Part shown: in pieces, positions 11,563 through 24,000 of the stretch | How positions within the stretch are numbered: position 1 is the first letter of the stretch | Layout of the letters: each line of letters opens with the position of its first letter | Source of the DNA: Podarcis melisellensis | Lineage: Eukaryota | Direction: 5' to 3' (one strand) | Assembly (NCBI GenBank): GCA_964234715.1 | Contig: OZ174276.1 | DNA: 64,000 bases | Program-made: the position numbers and the translations under genes | The notes under the pieces: model-generated | Databases searched by the model: none | What the model saw: the letters and a program-made list of their open reading frames with translations, nothing else | Told to the model about the DNA's origin: nothing

Positions 11563-11849
11563 GCTCCAAACATATGAAAGGCAGCATGTGAAGAATGAGG
11601 CTGAGCAGAGGATAAGCTAAACTAAACTGAGATTTGAGGAACTGTGATAAAGCATCTTGCCCAATCTGGAGATCCCCCAACCATTAGAATTAACACTTAC
11701 TAAATTCATAGTAAAGGTAGTGCTAAGCACAGAGAAAACACACATAAGGGAGATATGTCAAAACAACAACAACAACACAGATTTCTCAAGGAAATTAGAA
11801 AATGAGGGCAACTCAGCAGAGGTCTTTATGATAAAGACACAAAGGTTAC

Positions 11850-11920
11850 CTGAGGCAGTGCTTGCATCACTGTGTCCAGCAGAGCTCTCATCCCTACAGC
11901 CATCTTCAGCAGTTTCAACA
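11850..11920 (-). CDS. CACNA1G: CACNA1G exon 30 (71 nt): [24 protein letters not shown]
   Basis: ttctgcag acceptor, CAG|gtaacc donor; phase fits neighbouring exons. Confidence 0.97.
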
Positions 11921-12599
11921 CTGCAGAAAATGAAATGTCCTCTGCATTATTGTCACACAATCGGCATGTGAAAAGGAAATAAATATTTCAGAAAGCATAT
12001 CAGGCTCCCCAAGTGATGTGGCAAGCATCCTTCACTAGAGGTGAAAATGCAAGGCCGCATTATAATGAAGCGCTCTGTTGTTGTCAGGATGTTCGTAACA
12101 AGTAGAAAAACCTGTGAACATCATGGCCATCTCCTTCACTCACTAAATTGGGTGCTGCTGACACTGTGGCAGGAATACAAGAGTGACCTTTTCTCCTGGT
12201 GGTGACTACCGCTGCTGAGTAAAGTAAACTGGTTTGGAAAGGTCAGAAATCTATCTGATATACTGATGACAGAATTCAGCTTCAAGCTAAAGAATTAAGA
12301 AGCCAAGTGTATCCCCATCGATTTCCATCACAAGAAGATTGGATAAGAAATAACATGAACTCATAACCTTCAGACCTAAGCACTTCATAAGCTAAGAACT
12401 AATGCCACCAGCTCCAGTCATTCTGTAACAAAACCCTTTAGTGCTTTGTTGCTTGGAGTTGGTACCACCACCCTACTGGGAATATAGATGGCAGAGGTTC
12501 ATCTAGAGTCCCTGAAGACCAAGCAATTCTGGTCCTTCTCTGTATGTAATGCCTGCCACACAACTAACTGGTCATAGCAGTGATGGAAAGCTACTTCTG

Positions 12600-12790
12600 A
12601 GTAAACACAAGACTGTCAGTCTAGGACTAGAATGATCCATGTTCAACTCCCCACACAGTCACAGAGGTCACTTGGTGACCTTGGGCCAGCTGCACTCACT
12701 CAGCACAAAGTGTTGTTGTGTTGACAAAATTGGGGAGATTCAAACCTTGAACATCACATTGAACTCCTTGGGGGGTGAGTGTGATATAAC
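12600..12790 (+). mobile_element. Degenerate CORE/MIR-like SINE
   Basis: B-box-like gttcaactcc followed by ggtgaccttgggccag...ctcagc...gttgttgtg core. Confidence 0.5.
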
Positions 12791-12975
12791 CCAACCCAAA
12801 ACGACTTGCAGGTAATAGCAGGACAAACTACATTGAAGTGTCTATTAGCTAGGCAGTTTATGCTTGGAGGTATAGCTGTGCTGCATAGGAAACCTTACAA
12901 TGCCGGGAATTAGCAGTTCCACTGGGAACAGAAACTGTGTGGCTGGAATGCCCCAGGAGTTAAGGGGAGACTGAC

Positions 12976-13109
12976 CTCGAGCAATCCTCAGGACCCTCAT
13001 GATGCGGATAATGGTGGGGTTGATAGGCAGTGAGGCATTCACCTCAATCTCTTCCAGCGTGATCCCCATGATGGACAACAGCACTATTGCCAGGTCTAAT
13101 TGGTTCCAC
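12976..13109 (-). CDS. CACNA1G: CACNA1G exon 29 (134 nt): IV-S3/S4, [44 protein letters not shown]
   Basis: Overlaps ORF 12845..13084; tttcag acceptor, GAG|gtcagt donor. Confidence 0.97.
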
Positions 13110-13357
13110 CTGAAAGCGACACAAAAATCAAGCAGAAAAAACTGCTAAAATATTTGCAGCGGTGACAAAAGGATTACAGTCATTTCAGTTATTCTGGAAC
13201 TGACTCATGAACCAATGCACCACCTCAAGCAATTTTTGTGATGAAACACGTCAAACAATTTTAAAACCATTATATATACTATTATAGAGTTAGTCAAGTC
13301 TGGATATATCACTGACTAGAACAGAAAATGCAAAACCTAAAATTCTTTAGGACTTAC

Positions 13358-13467
13358 CTGTCTTGAAAGAACCGACGAAACCCAAATGCAATCAGCTTGA
13401 AAACAGATTCCATGACAAAGATGACCGTGAAGATGTAATTGCAAATCTTCAGAGCTTCATCAAGAAC
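13358..13467 (-). CDS. CACNA1G: CACNA1G exon 28 (110 nt): [37 protein letters not shown]
   Basis: ttacag acceptor, CAG|gtaagt donor. Confidence 0.97.
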
Positions 13468-15941
13468 CTGTAATGTAGAGACAACTCACACAGGTTATTG
13501 CAATATCTTAAGGAGGATTTTGCTCCCTGCAGTTATTGGCCTTCCTGCTTTCAACAGGAGCCATTATTATTATTTTAATCTGAAAAGGCAAAATGAAGAA
13601 GGGGCAGGAATCACAACTCCTGCACAGTGTTAACATTTAAACTGCTGCTGGCTTTCCAAGTGGCAGTGACAAAACCAGGCTCTCCTATTTTTCATGAAAC
13701 CTGTATAACAGAAATGATTTGCAGCTGGATAGGATTTCATACTATTTCAGCTCAGATCCTGTACAGCTGGATTGATTTCATACTATTTCAGAGGAGGCAT
13801 CCTGGATCGTGGTATCAGTGCTGCACGAGAGAAAATGTGATTTTGTTCTTTGGAGCACATGCAGCATTTCACATGTTGCATTATTTAACACATCTGAGGA
13901 ATATACACTTCCATGCTTGCAATTGGAGATATGGATCTACACTGGGCAATATTTGATAATATAACATTATTTTGGGATTGTGGCAAACGTATCTATAAGA
14001 TATACAAAAACCATAAAATACAATTAAAACCAAAACCTTAGTACTAAGCCCTGCCCCCCCCCCCAGGTCACCTGCCATAGCCTCAGCTGACTTGAAAAGA
14101 TCTGGGCTGGGAGTGGGCAGAATCTAGAACACAGTCCTGAAAAGGCACATGGAATTAGAGAAATGTGTAGCAAGACTGGCTGATAGAATTAATAAAACTA
14201 ACTGTGTGAAAAGCAAAAGCTAACTTGTGCTCCTCTGGTTCATAATCAGTACATGCCACTGAGCAATGCTATAGTTCAGAACACATCTTAACATTAGCAT
14301 GAGGTAATTGGATCATATAACAAGCTTCCCACAGTATTTACAAGATGCTCCTGTCACGTGGGTCATGCACTGCCACCTTAAACATGGCGTTTTCTCCCGT
14401 TGATTTCTTTTTAATTGTTTCACATTACACATTCAAGTACTATTTAGCTACACTGACTGATTCACCTTTGCTTTCGTCTTGCATTTATTCCTTGGCTTCT
14501 CAAAGTAGTAGGGAACAAAAATAAGCAACGCTACGCTAATTGGCAGCCATTTCCATCGAGCTATCATAAGCAAGTGATTTGGCAGATCATTGCAAGCGGT
14601 TTGCCATTATAATTTGAATGTGATCCTAAATACAGGAGTTTGGCATGCTAATATATCAGGGACCTGCTGCCTTGCCAAAATGCTGAGTCATCACAGCAGA
14701 AATAAAGAGAGGCAACTGGGTTTTGGTCCAGCTGCATATTAAATCCCTCAGGCTGCCGACAGATCTAATGCAGTAAGATTTGAAAGATTTCAGGATTTGA
14801 TCTATAGCTCATTTATTATTAATATTATTATTCTCAGTTTCTTAAATAACCCCTCCTTTTCAGGGAATCTGCTGAAACATGGAATTAGTGTTTGTGTGTG
14901 AGAGAGAGTCCCAAAGCCCAAGTGCCTTTTCCAGCTTTTTTGGGGGGGCAGAATTTGGTAGTCTCCTGTTAAGGATACCAGCCATTTTGATATATCTTCG
15001 TATCTTCTCTCTTATCTGCCACTTTGCATGCAGACTGAACTGCCTACTTGTGTTATTGAGATCTTCCAATTCTAACTTAAGTGTCTAATTGTAGTTTTTA
15101 AATTGCTTTGATTTTATCATATTTTGTTGTAGTTCCTGCAGCATTCATATTGTGCTCAGATTACCCAGATTTACCACCATTTCTGCCTAATGGTATTTTA
15201 GTTCCTTTGAGGGGGGGATTAATTGGGTTTTTTTCTTCTTTCACCACCACAGCCAGTGTTGCTCATGTTAAAGGGGCATTCCCTCAAAGTGATACACAGA
15301 AGAGTAAAAGGCGGGTGATGCCTCCAGAACAAAACAGCATTAAATACTGTTGAAACTTCCCAGAGTGCAATAAGATACAATAAAACACAACCCCAACAGC
15401 AACTTCTCTTTTCGGTGAAAAGAGAAGTTTTCAGTATGCACCAAAAGCAGAAGTTCATTGGCACATGCCTCATTTCAGGGGGAATGAGGGCTGCCATTCA
15501 AAGACATTTAGGGCTTTGAAAATCAAAAGCAGCACTTTGAAATGGAAATGTGGAAACTGACATCCAGCAAAGTTCCCTTATAATAATTTGGCTGCTCAGG
15601 CCGGAGATTCACTGGTATGCAGGGTAATCAGTGGAGGATGACTAAATTTTATGGCCTATTGCTATAGTTAATACTTATTCTGAGTTAAAAGAGATAAAAC
15701 TGACAGCTCTGGAAGTCCCTTCCAGCCCTCTCATTTGCCTCTTCCAATCTCTTTGCATTAAAATCAATGCACCCTTCCCCTCTTTATTCATCGTCTTCTA
15801 AAATAAATGGCCTCAAACACTGTTTTGTTTCTCATGTTAGCGGAGGACATTTTGTGCTGCTTGATTTTCTTTGCTCTCTTAGTCACCTTTCCACAAATTG
15901 CTCTGGGAGACCGTGATAAAATCTAAGGGCCAGATTCAACA

Positions 15942-17107
15942 AACATCCTTCTGGACCGTCTAGAGGGGCTGGGAGCTGGGGGCACTGTCATATGGTGGTT
16001 CCGCTCCTTCCTCCTGGGCCGTGTCCAGAAAGTGGTGGTGGGGGGTGAGTGTTCAGACCCCTGGGCTCTCACTTGTGGGGTGCCTCAGGGTTCTGTCCTC
16101 TCCCCCATGCTTTTTAATATCTATATGAAGCCGCTGGGAGAGATCATCAGGGGGTTTGGACTGGGTGTTCATCAGTATGCAGATGACACCCAGCTCTACC
16201 TCTCCTTTAAATCAGAACCAGTGAAGGTGGTGAAGGTCCTGTGTGAGTGCCTGGAGGCGGTTGGAGGTTGGATGGCGGCTAACAGATTGAGGTTGAATCC
16301 TGACAAGACAGAAGTACTGTTTTTGGGGGACAGGAGGCGGGCAGGTGTGGAGGATTCCCTGGTCCTCAATGGGGTAACTGTGCCCCTGAAGGACCAGGTG
16401 CGCAGCCTGGGAGTCATTTTGGACTCACAGCTGTCCATGGAGGCACAGGTTAACTCTGTGTCCAGGGCAGCTGTCTACCAGCTCCACCTGGTACGCAGGC
16501 TAAGACCCTACCTCCCTGTGGACTGTCTCGCCAGAGTGGTGCATGCTCTAGTTATCTCACGCTTGGACTACTGCAACGCGCTCTACATGGGGCTACCTTT
16601 GAAGGTGACCCGGAAACTGCAATTAATCCAGAATGCGGCAGCTAGACTGGTGACTGGGAGTGGCCGCCGGGACCACATAACACCGGTTCTGAGAGATCTG
16701 CACTGGCTCCCAGTACGTTTCCGAGCACGATTCAAAGTGTTGGTGCTGACCTTTAAAGCCCTAAATGGCCTCGGTCCTGTATACCTGAAGGAGCGTCTCC
16801 ACCCCCATCGTTCAGCCCGGATACTGAGATCCAGCGCCGAGGGCCTTCTGGCGGTTCCGTCATTGCGAGAAGTGAGGCTACAGGGAACCAGGCAGAGGGC
16901 CTTCTCGGTAGTGGCGCCCGCCCTGTGGAACGTCCTCCCATCAGATGTCAAAGAGATAAAGAATTACCTGACATTCAGAAAACATCTTAAGGCAGCCCTG
17001 TTCAGGGAAGTTTTTAATATGTAATGCTGTACTGTTTTTAACACTGATTGGGAGCCGCCCAGAGTGGCTGGGGAAACTCAGCCAGATGGGCGGGGTATAA
17101 ATAATAA

Positions 17108-17146
<39 letters not shown>
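15942..17146 (+). mobile_element. L2-clade LINE, 5'-truncated; uninterrupted reverse-transcriptase C-terminal frame 15942-17024, 3' UTR and (TTA)n tail
   Basis: RT motifs GVPQGSVLSP and YADDTQLY, followed by L2-typical SRLDYCN and LHWLPV; the frame stays open 30 codons upstream of the listed ORF; antisense to the host gene. Confidence 0.95.
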
Positions 17147-17147
<1 letters not shown>

Positions 17148-17183
17148 CACTAGTGGAAGCCAATGCAAGTACGCCCACTAGTG

Positions 17184-17318
17184 CAGGCATCCCAAACTCG
17201 GCCCTCCAGAAGTTTTGGGACTACAACTCCCATCATCCCTAGCTAACAGGACCAGTGGTCAGGGAAGATGGGAATTGTAGTCCCAAAACATCTGGAAGGC
17301 CAAGTTTGGGGATGCCTG
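17184..17318. mobile_element. hAT-type palindromic MITE
   Basis: TIRs caggcatccc.aaact / agtttggggatgcctg; 8-bp TSD cactagtg at 17176-17183 and 17319-17326. Older relatives near 4468, 10708, 22764, 45564, 50087 and 51960. Confidence 0.9.
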
Positions 17319-17579
17319 CACTAGTGCAATGGGGCTCCCCCCTTCTCCTCCTCCTTCAAATCCACTTAAAGGAGAGCCAAGAGAACACGCAGAACACCAC
17401 ATGGAAGGAAGAGAGGGGAGATTGTCAAACAAGCAAAATACACTGATTTGGAGGGCGGCAGACATGCCTACATTACAGCAGAGGCTGGATGGCCAACCAA
17501 CCAGAGATGCTGAATCTGCAGATTTCCTGCATTAGCAGAAGGTAAGGCTAGATGACCTGAGAGACCATCTATGATTCTA

Positions 17580-17792
17580 CAGTGGTACCTTGGGTTACAA
17601 CTTAATTGTTCCGGAGGTCCGTTCTTAACCTGAAACTATTATTAACCTGAGGTACCACTTTAGCTAATGGGGCCGCCTCCTGCTGCTGCACAATTTCTGT
17701 TCTCATGCTGAGGTAAAGTTCTTAACCCAAGGTACTACTTCTGGGTTAGCGGAGTCTGTAACCTGAAGCGTTTGTAACCCGAGGTACCACTG
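17580..17792. mobile_element. Tc1/mariner-type MITE
   Basis: TIRs cagtggtacct.gggttaca / tgtaacccgaggtaccactg, flanked by TA on both sides. Confidence 0.9.
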
Positions 17793-17820
17793 TATGTCTT
17801 TATTTATTTATTTAACTATA

Positions 17821-18062
17821 CAGTGGTACCTCAGGTGAAGAACTTAATTCGTTCTGGAGGTCTGTTCTTAACCTGAAACTGTTCTTAACCTGAAGCACCA
17901 CTTTAGCTAATGGGGCCTCCTGCTGCCACTGCGCCACCGCTGCACAATTTCTGTTCTCATCCTGAAGCAAAGTTCTTAACCCGAGGTAATATTTCTGGGT
18001 TAGCGGAGTGTGTAACCTGAAGCGTATGTAGCCTGAAGCGTATGTAACCCGAGGTACCACTG
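17821..18062. mobile_element. Tc1/mariner-type MITE (second adjacent copy, same orientation)
   Basis: Same TIRs, TA TSD and internal sequence as 17580-17792. Confidence 0.9.
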
Positions 18063-20866
18063 TATTCCCCTAAGCAGTTTACAAAACAGCTTTTGTGTCA
18101 CATATGCGAATTGTGTCACAATGCACATGAACCACCCAAGAATTGCAAGGGTGTTTCTCTAGATCAACGTTCTTTCTCCAATGGTGTCAGTCAGGTGCAT
18201 GTGGAAAGCTGAAAAAACAGAACATGGTTTGCTAGCTATTCCCTTGTACTTTGCTTCCGAAAAGGAGAACATGTAGGGAAGGAAGAAAAGAAAGCAGATA
18301 AGCTGTCAGGATAAACATGCACACATTTATGTGCTTGTGTGGCCTGTACAGTAAGAGCTAAGAAGAGCTAAGAAGACAGTAAAAGCTAAGAAAGCCATGT
18401 CCAAAAAGATGGTGCCAAAACTGACTGCCATAGTGAACAGGAATGTCATGTTTCCTATAATGACACTTTAAGAACCCCCCCCCCCCGGTACTTGCCGAGT
18501 TCTCTCTCTCGCTTTTTTTTTAGTCCTTGCTACCAGGAAATGACAGAAAGAGCATCAGCGCAACTAAAAGGTCAATGGGTTTAGCCCTTCCTTCGGAAAC
18601 TTTAAGTTGATGTGTGTGCTTTCCCTGCCACTGAATCTGACAGAATCAGTGCTCAGGAGTAGACAAAGAGTATAATCTCCACATCTCTGCCAATTCTATC
18701 TTGGCAGCAATTAAAAGTAAGGGATAAAACCTCTTTGTGATCTAGAAAGCCAGCTTCAGTATAGTTTTAAAAAAGATTAGCAAAGCATCCCTTGGGAAAG
18801 AATTTCCCACAGAAATAAGTTTGCCATGGAGGAAAAAAAATCTAAGTGTCAGAAGACCCACAAACTGAGTCAACACTGGTGCTTTTTTTTTGAGGGAGTA
18901 CTCAAGGGGACGCAGTACTGGTACCTCTTTTTTGTTGTTGTTAATAAGTGTTCCACTTACTATAACAATTTCATGGTACATACTGACGCCTATTTTTCTA
19001 GAAAGAAAAGCACTGTTAACGTTCCCTTTGGTTGTTTGGATAGACACTGTATTGTAAGTGGATGACATAACTGAAGATTTGGGAAACAAAGTTCATTATG
19101 TTCATTATGCAAGAGGGCCTGGGGTTCCTGCAATTTACATACAGCTTTCAATGGTCAGAACCCTACGAATGGCCAAATCAGTCCATTTCAGGTTCTCCCA
19201 GTCTTGAGTCCTCACGAAAATTCACCAGCTTTCTAGTGTGTTTTTCCTAATATTTACATTTTTATTTATTTTCATGGTACAGAAGATAAATTTTGAGAAA
19301 ACAATTGTTATAACATTAAACAACAAATAACTTGTCCTGATAAATTACAGATTTTCATCATGCCATGTGTTAAAGTTTCATTTGATTACTCTAAGAGATC
19401 ACGCCACTAATATTTACATTTTTGTATGCAACTTTCTGCAATATGCCCCGTTTCCCCAGTTTCCCCTAATATAACACTTTTTGTATGTGATTTATGTAAT
19501 GAATTCTCATATACTATCTTCACTAATATGTGGATTTCTCTGTGTACTTCCTCGTAATATGCACATCTTTTGGTTACAAAATTCAAAGATGGATGAGTTC
19601 TGAAGGATTTTGGTTCATCCATTGTTTCAGGAAGTGTGAATTAGGCAGGCTCACATTAAATTTGTGAATTGAACCAAATTTCTCCCATATCCCTACTTTG
19701 AACTCCTTTGGTTTTATCCAAATTGGATAGCCCTTAATGGTGAACAGTTCTAATGAAAGCATGAGAGACAAGATGGAGCAATCCTGCCCCGCTCTATTGC
19801 ACAAAGAAACAGTTATAAACCATTGGCTTCCACCATAGTCTTAGGCATGATGATAAAACACCTTGCAGTGGTTCTTAGAAACAGATCTAAATCCTATCAT
19901 AGTAAAAACAGCTCTCAAGGAATGTCTGCCACTGAGTGCCTTCTGCAGCATCCAAAGAAAGCATCTCCCTGATTAGCACCTCTCATTCTAAGGGGGGAAT
20001 ATAAAATTCAAAAGCCTGATGAAGATTATGAATTACTCTTTTGGAAATAAAAACAGGCAGTTCTTTCTGTATCTTCTGAAAAGCTACTTGACCTTGTAGT
20101 AAATAATTTCACATCTTGATTCAATTGAGAGATTGGGCCATATGCTCACTTTCCAAACAATCTCTCTTGGCTTTGCAATGCAACAACAGCTAATGTTGCT
20201 TGATTAGAGGAAGGTCATAAAATCAGGGTGGTAATCAGCTATGTTTTACTCAGATGAGACATTAAAAACATGATTAAGTTAGGTCTATTAATTTCAATGG
20301 GTCTACTCTGAGTAAAATCCTAGGATAGGATTTGGTCTTGAGCACATACAGAAGTATTTCAGGAAGACAGTCTTGCTGCTGCTGCTATCAGCTCCAAACT
20401 GTATGACAAATGCTATATGGGTACCTTAGGGAAGATACTTTGCACTTCAGCTAATACAGAGTTGCTTACTCATTGGCTTATAACAAGAACACCCTGAGTG
20501 TTTTACTGAGTTAGCAGTAGTTGCAGCAAAAAATATAAATATTTTTGTTAAAGCCAATGCTATGGGCTGTAAAGATAATCCTTGTATGCAACTGCTTTAT
20601 TTTGGTTTCTTTCTGTGTTGTTTATGATGATTTGAATGATTGCTATCAACCACGGTTCTTTAGCTGGTGCAAACACTACTCTCAGTAAAAACTAGATCCC
20701 TATATTACCATCATCTCCCATTCAGCACGGTAGAATGGCCAATGCATATTTATTTCTGTTTCATTCTTGTTTTCCATGTTAATGGGTGCAATGCCAATTC
20801 CTTATCAAGGCTACAACAATGTTTGCGAACCACCCACAGCATCTACAAATACTTTTCCTGCCCTAC

Positions 20867-21018
20867 CTTTGGCTGCTGGTAGTGCTCCATAGCCATGGTG
20901 ATGACATTGAGCCCAATCACACCTGTGATGAATAAATCCAGGTAATGGGTGGTGCACATTTGATGAATCAGAAGTCGGAAGCGAGAGTAATCAGAGTAGT
21001 AGGGCTTACACTGTGCCT
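20867..21018 (-). CDS. CACNA1G: CACNA1G exon 27 (152 nt): [51 protein letters not shown]
   Basis: cttttcag acceptor, AAG|gtaggg donor; manual translation. Confidence 0.97.
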
Positions 21019-24000
21019 CTGAAAAGGAAAAGAGTGGAGAAGCAGATCAGGTAATTTCTCCCTGTCTTAAGACCAGTTCAGCACTGGCTTTCAAAAATTC
21101 AAATTGATACATTCAATCAAATTCATAATGATTAGGTTTTCAGCAACGAATGGGGTGTGGTAAAGGGGATTGTATGTTAACCATCATTAATGCATAGCAA
21201 GACTACAGGATCATCTATCTGTACCAGCAGCTACAATAAAACATGCACAACAGCCAGGCTTTCAGGATTAGAGATAAAGTGAGTATGGCATGGAATCATT
21301 TCAGGTTCCAACATAATGTTTAGTGTTCACTGTTTAGATATCTATTATTACACAACAACACTCTTAATTTATATAAAAGAAAACAAGAACTTTCAATCAG
21401 AATTGCAAGTATGTGAGCTATAATTAAAGGCCTGTATTAACAGTGCATAAAAGCGTGCTTAAATGGGACATTCAATCTCCACTGAAAAGGGAGCTTGGAA
21501 AGGACTTGAGGCAGGTTGGAAACAGTATGCAGTGGTTTTTGACAGAGACTAGCAAAGCACTGTAATATGATATTTTAAGGGCTTCCCTCTATATTTTGAG
21601 AGTGGGCCTAAATGTGAAGGAATGTTTGCTTGCCAATGGGATATGTGTTCTATTGCAATACAGTGCCCAGTTAACATTGGGCATGTAAAGCTTGACTACT
21701 TAGCTGTGAGTTCAGCATAATATATTATATAAGGGTGAGTGTTTAAAAAGGTAACAGGGGAGTCCTCGTTATTACATATTTTACATGGCTGTTTATTTGT
21801 ATATATTTTGAAATGTTATATATGAATGTTTTATGATGGTCTATATTTGTAATGCCTAACAAAGGCTTGGTTAAGTAAGTAAGAAAGAAAGAAAGAAAGT
21901 AACATGGGAGTCCAGGCAGAGAGGATAGTATAAAAAGATACTAGTAGATACTGACTGGGCAAGCAATATACTGTGATGTAAGGGGAAATGTAAAGAGGCA
22001 GTGGGGAAGAAAGTTAAAAGGGGAATAATGGACTGTTTGAAATAGCAGACATGAACTCATATAACTGCATTTTGAAATACAAGGTAGGGAAATGGAGGGC
22101 GGGGGGAACAACCCCAAAGTTGTCAGAGCTATGAAAACAATTTATGAAATAATGCAAGTGATTGCTCAGTCAGAATTTCTGTCTCGGAAATAAATGATCT
22201 TCTCATTTGTGTGTGATTGCCAAAGTGCAAATGTCCCTGTTAGTCTTCTATGTTTGGCTGCATCAGGGATGACACTTGCTCTTCAGGCCTGAATGTTCCT
22301 GCAGATAAACTCATTTACTCACCTAATCTCTAACGAGGAAATGCCAAGTCTGAGTCTATAATTCAGGGCAATTTTCAAAAAGGCATTATAATGTACCATA
22401 AAATGAAAAGGACTGTCTTGAAGATGTCAGAGTGTAATATTATGACCATAATTAGATGATCAACTGGTTATGAAAATTATTGAGCCAAGAGAATTGAATG
22501 GCGTGGTGTTTAGCTACTCTGAGCACAAAAAAAGGGATTTCATATATTGGTCCGAACAGAAATTTGGGGAGGGTGAAGTATGAGTATTCGTGATCTTGAG
22601 GGAAAGCTAATTTTTAGATCACATTTTTTGCAGGGAGTATGTATACAATTTGATTCTCAGATAGTCAAAATTGCAATCTTCTTAGCCATTTATGCAGCTG
22701 GCCAGTCGTTTTGTATGGTGGAGGTGCAGGCACATGCCTCTTCCCTTCACCCAGGCACCTAAAGCAGGGTGTGGGGAATCTTTTGCTCTCCAGATGCTGC
22801 TGGATTCCAGCTCCCATCTGCCCCAGCCAATAGCTGCCTGTGGGAGTTGGAGTCTAACAACATCCAGAGGGACAGAGGTTAGCCACTCCTGACCTAAAGA
22901 AATATGTAGCACAGGTCCCTTATGCCTGAGGGCTCAATTTGGGGAACATTTCCCTATTTTGAGAGGGAAGAATCGCAATGTGTGTACACAAGGAAAACCT
23001 AAGGCAAATTACTATAGGTGTGCAGTGGAGAGGACACGGGCCTGTGCCTCTTACACATGAAATGATCATCCACCTGGGTAAGTGATTAGCTGCATCATTA
23101 TATGACTTCCAATATCCCCATCCCACAGAGTCTGAGCATCAGGGAGAAGACTAATAATGGAGCAACTTATCCTGCGAGGTTTGGTGAAGTGATCCCAAAC
23201 ATTTGCTCCAGTACTTTGAAATAAAGAGGCTGAATTGATATTTTTTGCATTAGGAGCTGCCAGTCTATAGATAATCTGACCCTGAATGCCATGGCATAAT
23301 ATTAAAAAGTGAATTTTGTTGCTGAATTTATTCAGCATCTCTTAAAAACAACAACAACAACAAAAGCTACACAGGTTGGTATCTGACTGACTCCCAACTT
23401 TCATCAGAGCTCTTACATTCTGCATAAATATCCATTAAAAACTTGAGATATCTCGATGGCATTATGCAAAACTATGAAGAGGAAATTAACTAAAATGTTT
23501 GAATACAATTAAGGTTTGAACTGGGGCCCTGGCTATGAACCAAGTTATAATTTCAAAGAGAAACCCCATTATAATTTGCTGATCTCTTTTTGTTCAATAC
23601 TTATCCATAATTCACATTCAGGCATGAAAAAATGTCACAATTTCTGCCTTTTATTTGGGAGGATTTATTTATGAATAATTACACTGGAATCCAAGGGTTC
23701 AGCCATGACTGGCAGATTAATTCAAAACTCCACACGGTAACAAAAGAGGCTGTTAACATATAGCAGGGATTTTCACAGAGATTGTAGAATGTTACCTGCA
23801 TAGCAACAAAGCATGTGGCAGCATAACCTTATAAGCAGGGCTGCCTATTTTCCATTCTGTATATTGTGGGTGAAGACAGATGTAATATTTAAAGAGATAG
23901 CTCAGCTGGTTCTTCACCTCTGACATGAGCTCAGCTTCCTCTCAGCTTCACATTTCCTTGAGAGGTATGCAGTCTATCAAGCTGAACACTGGAGCACCAT

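Noticed and set aside
14530-14780. Enhancer-like stretch (TGAGTCA, NFI half-sites)
   Set aside because: Only short motifs; conservation cannot be assessed from this sequence alone.
16032-17024. 330-aa ORF as an independent host gene, plus its antisense ORFs
   Set aside because: It is a 5'-truncated L2 RT lacking the N-terminal RT motifs, the endonuclease and a real ATG start.
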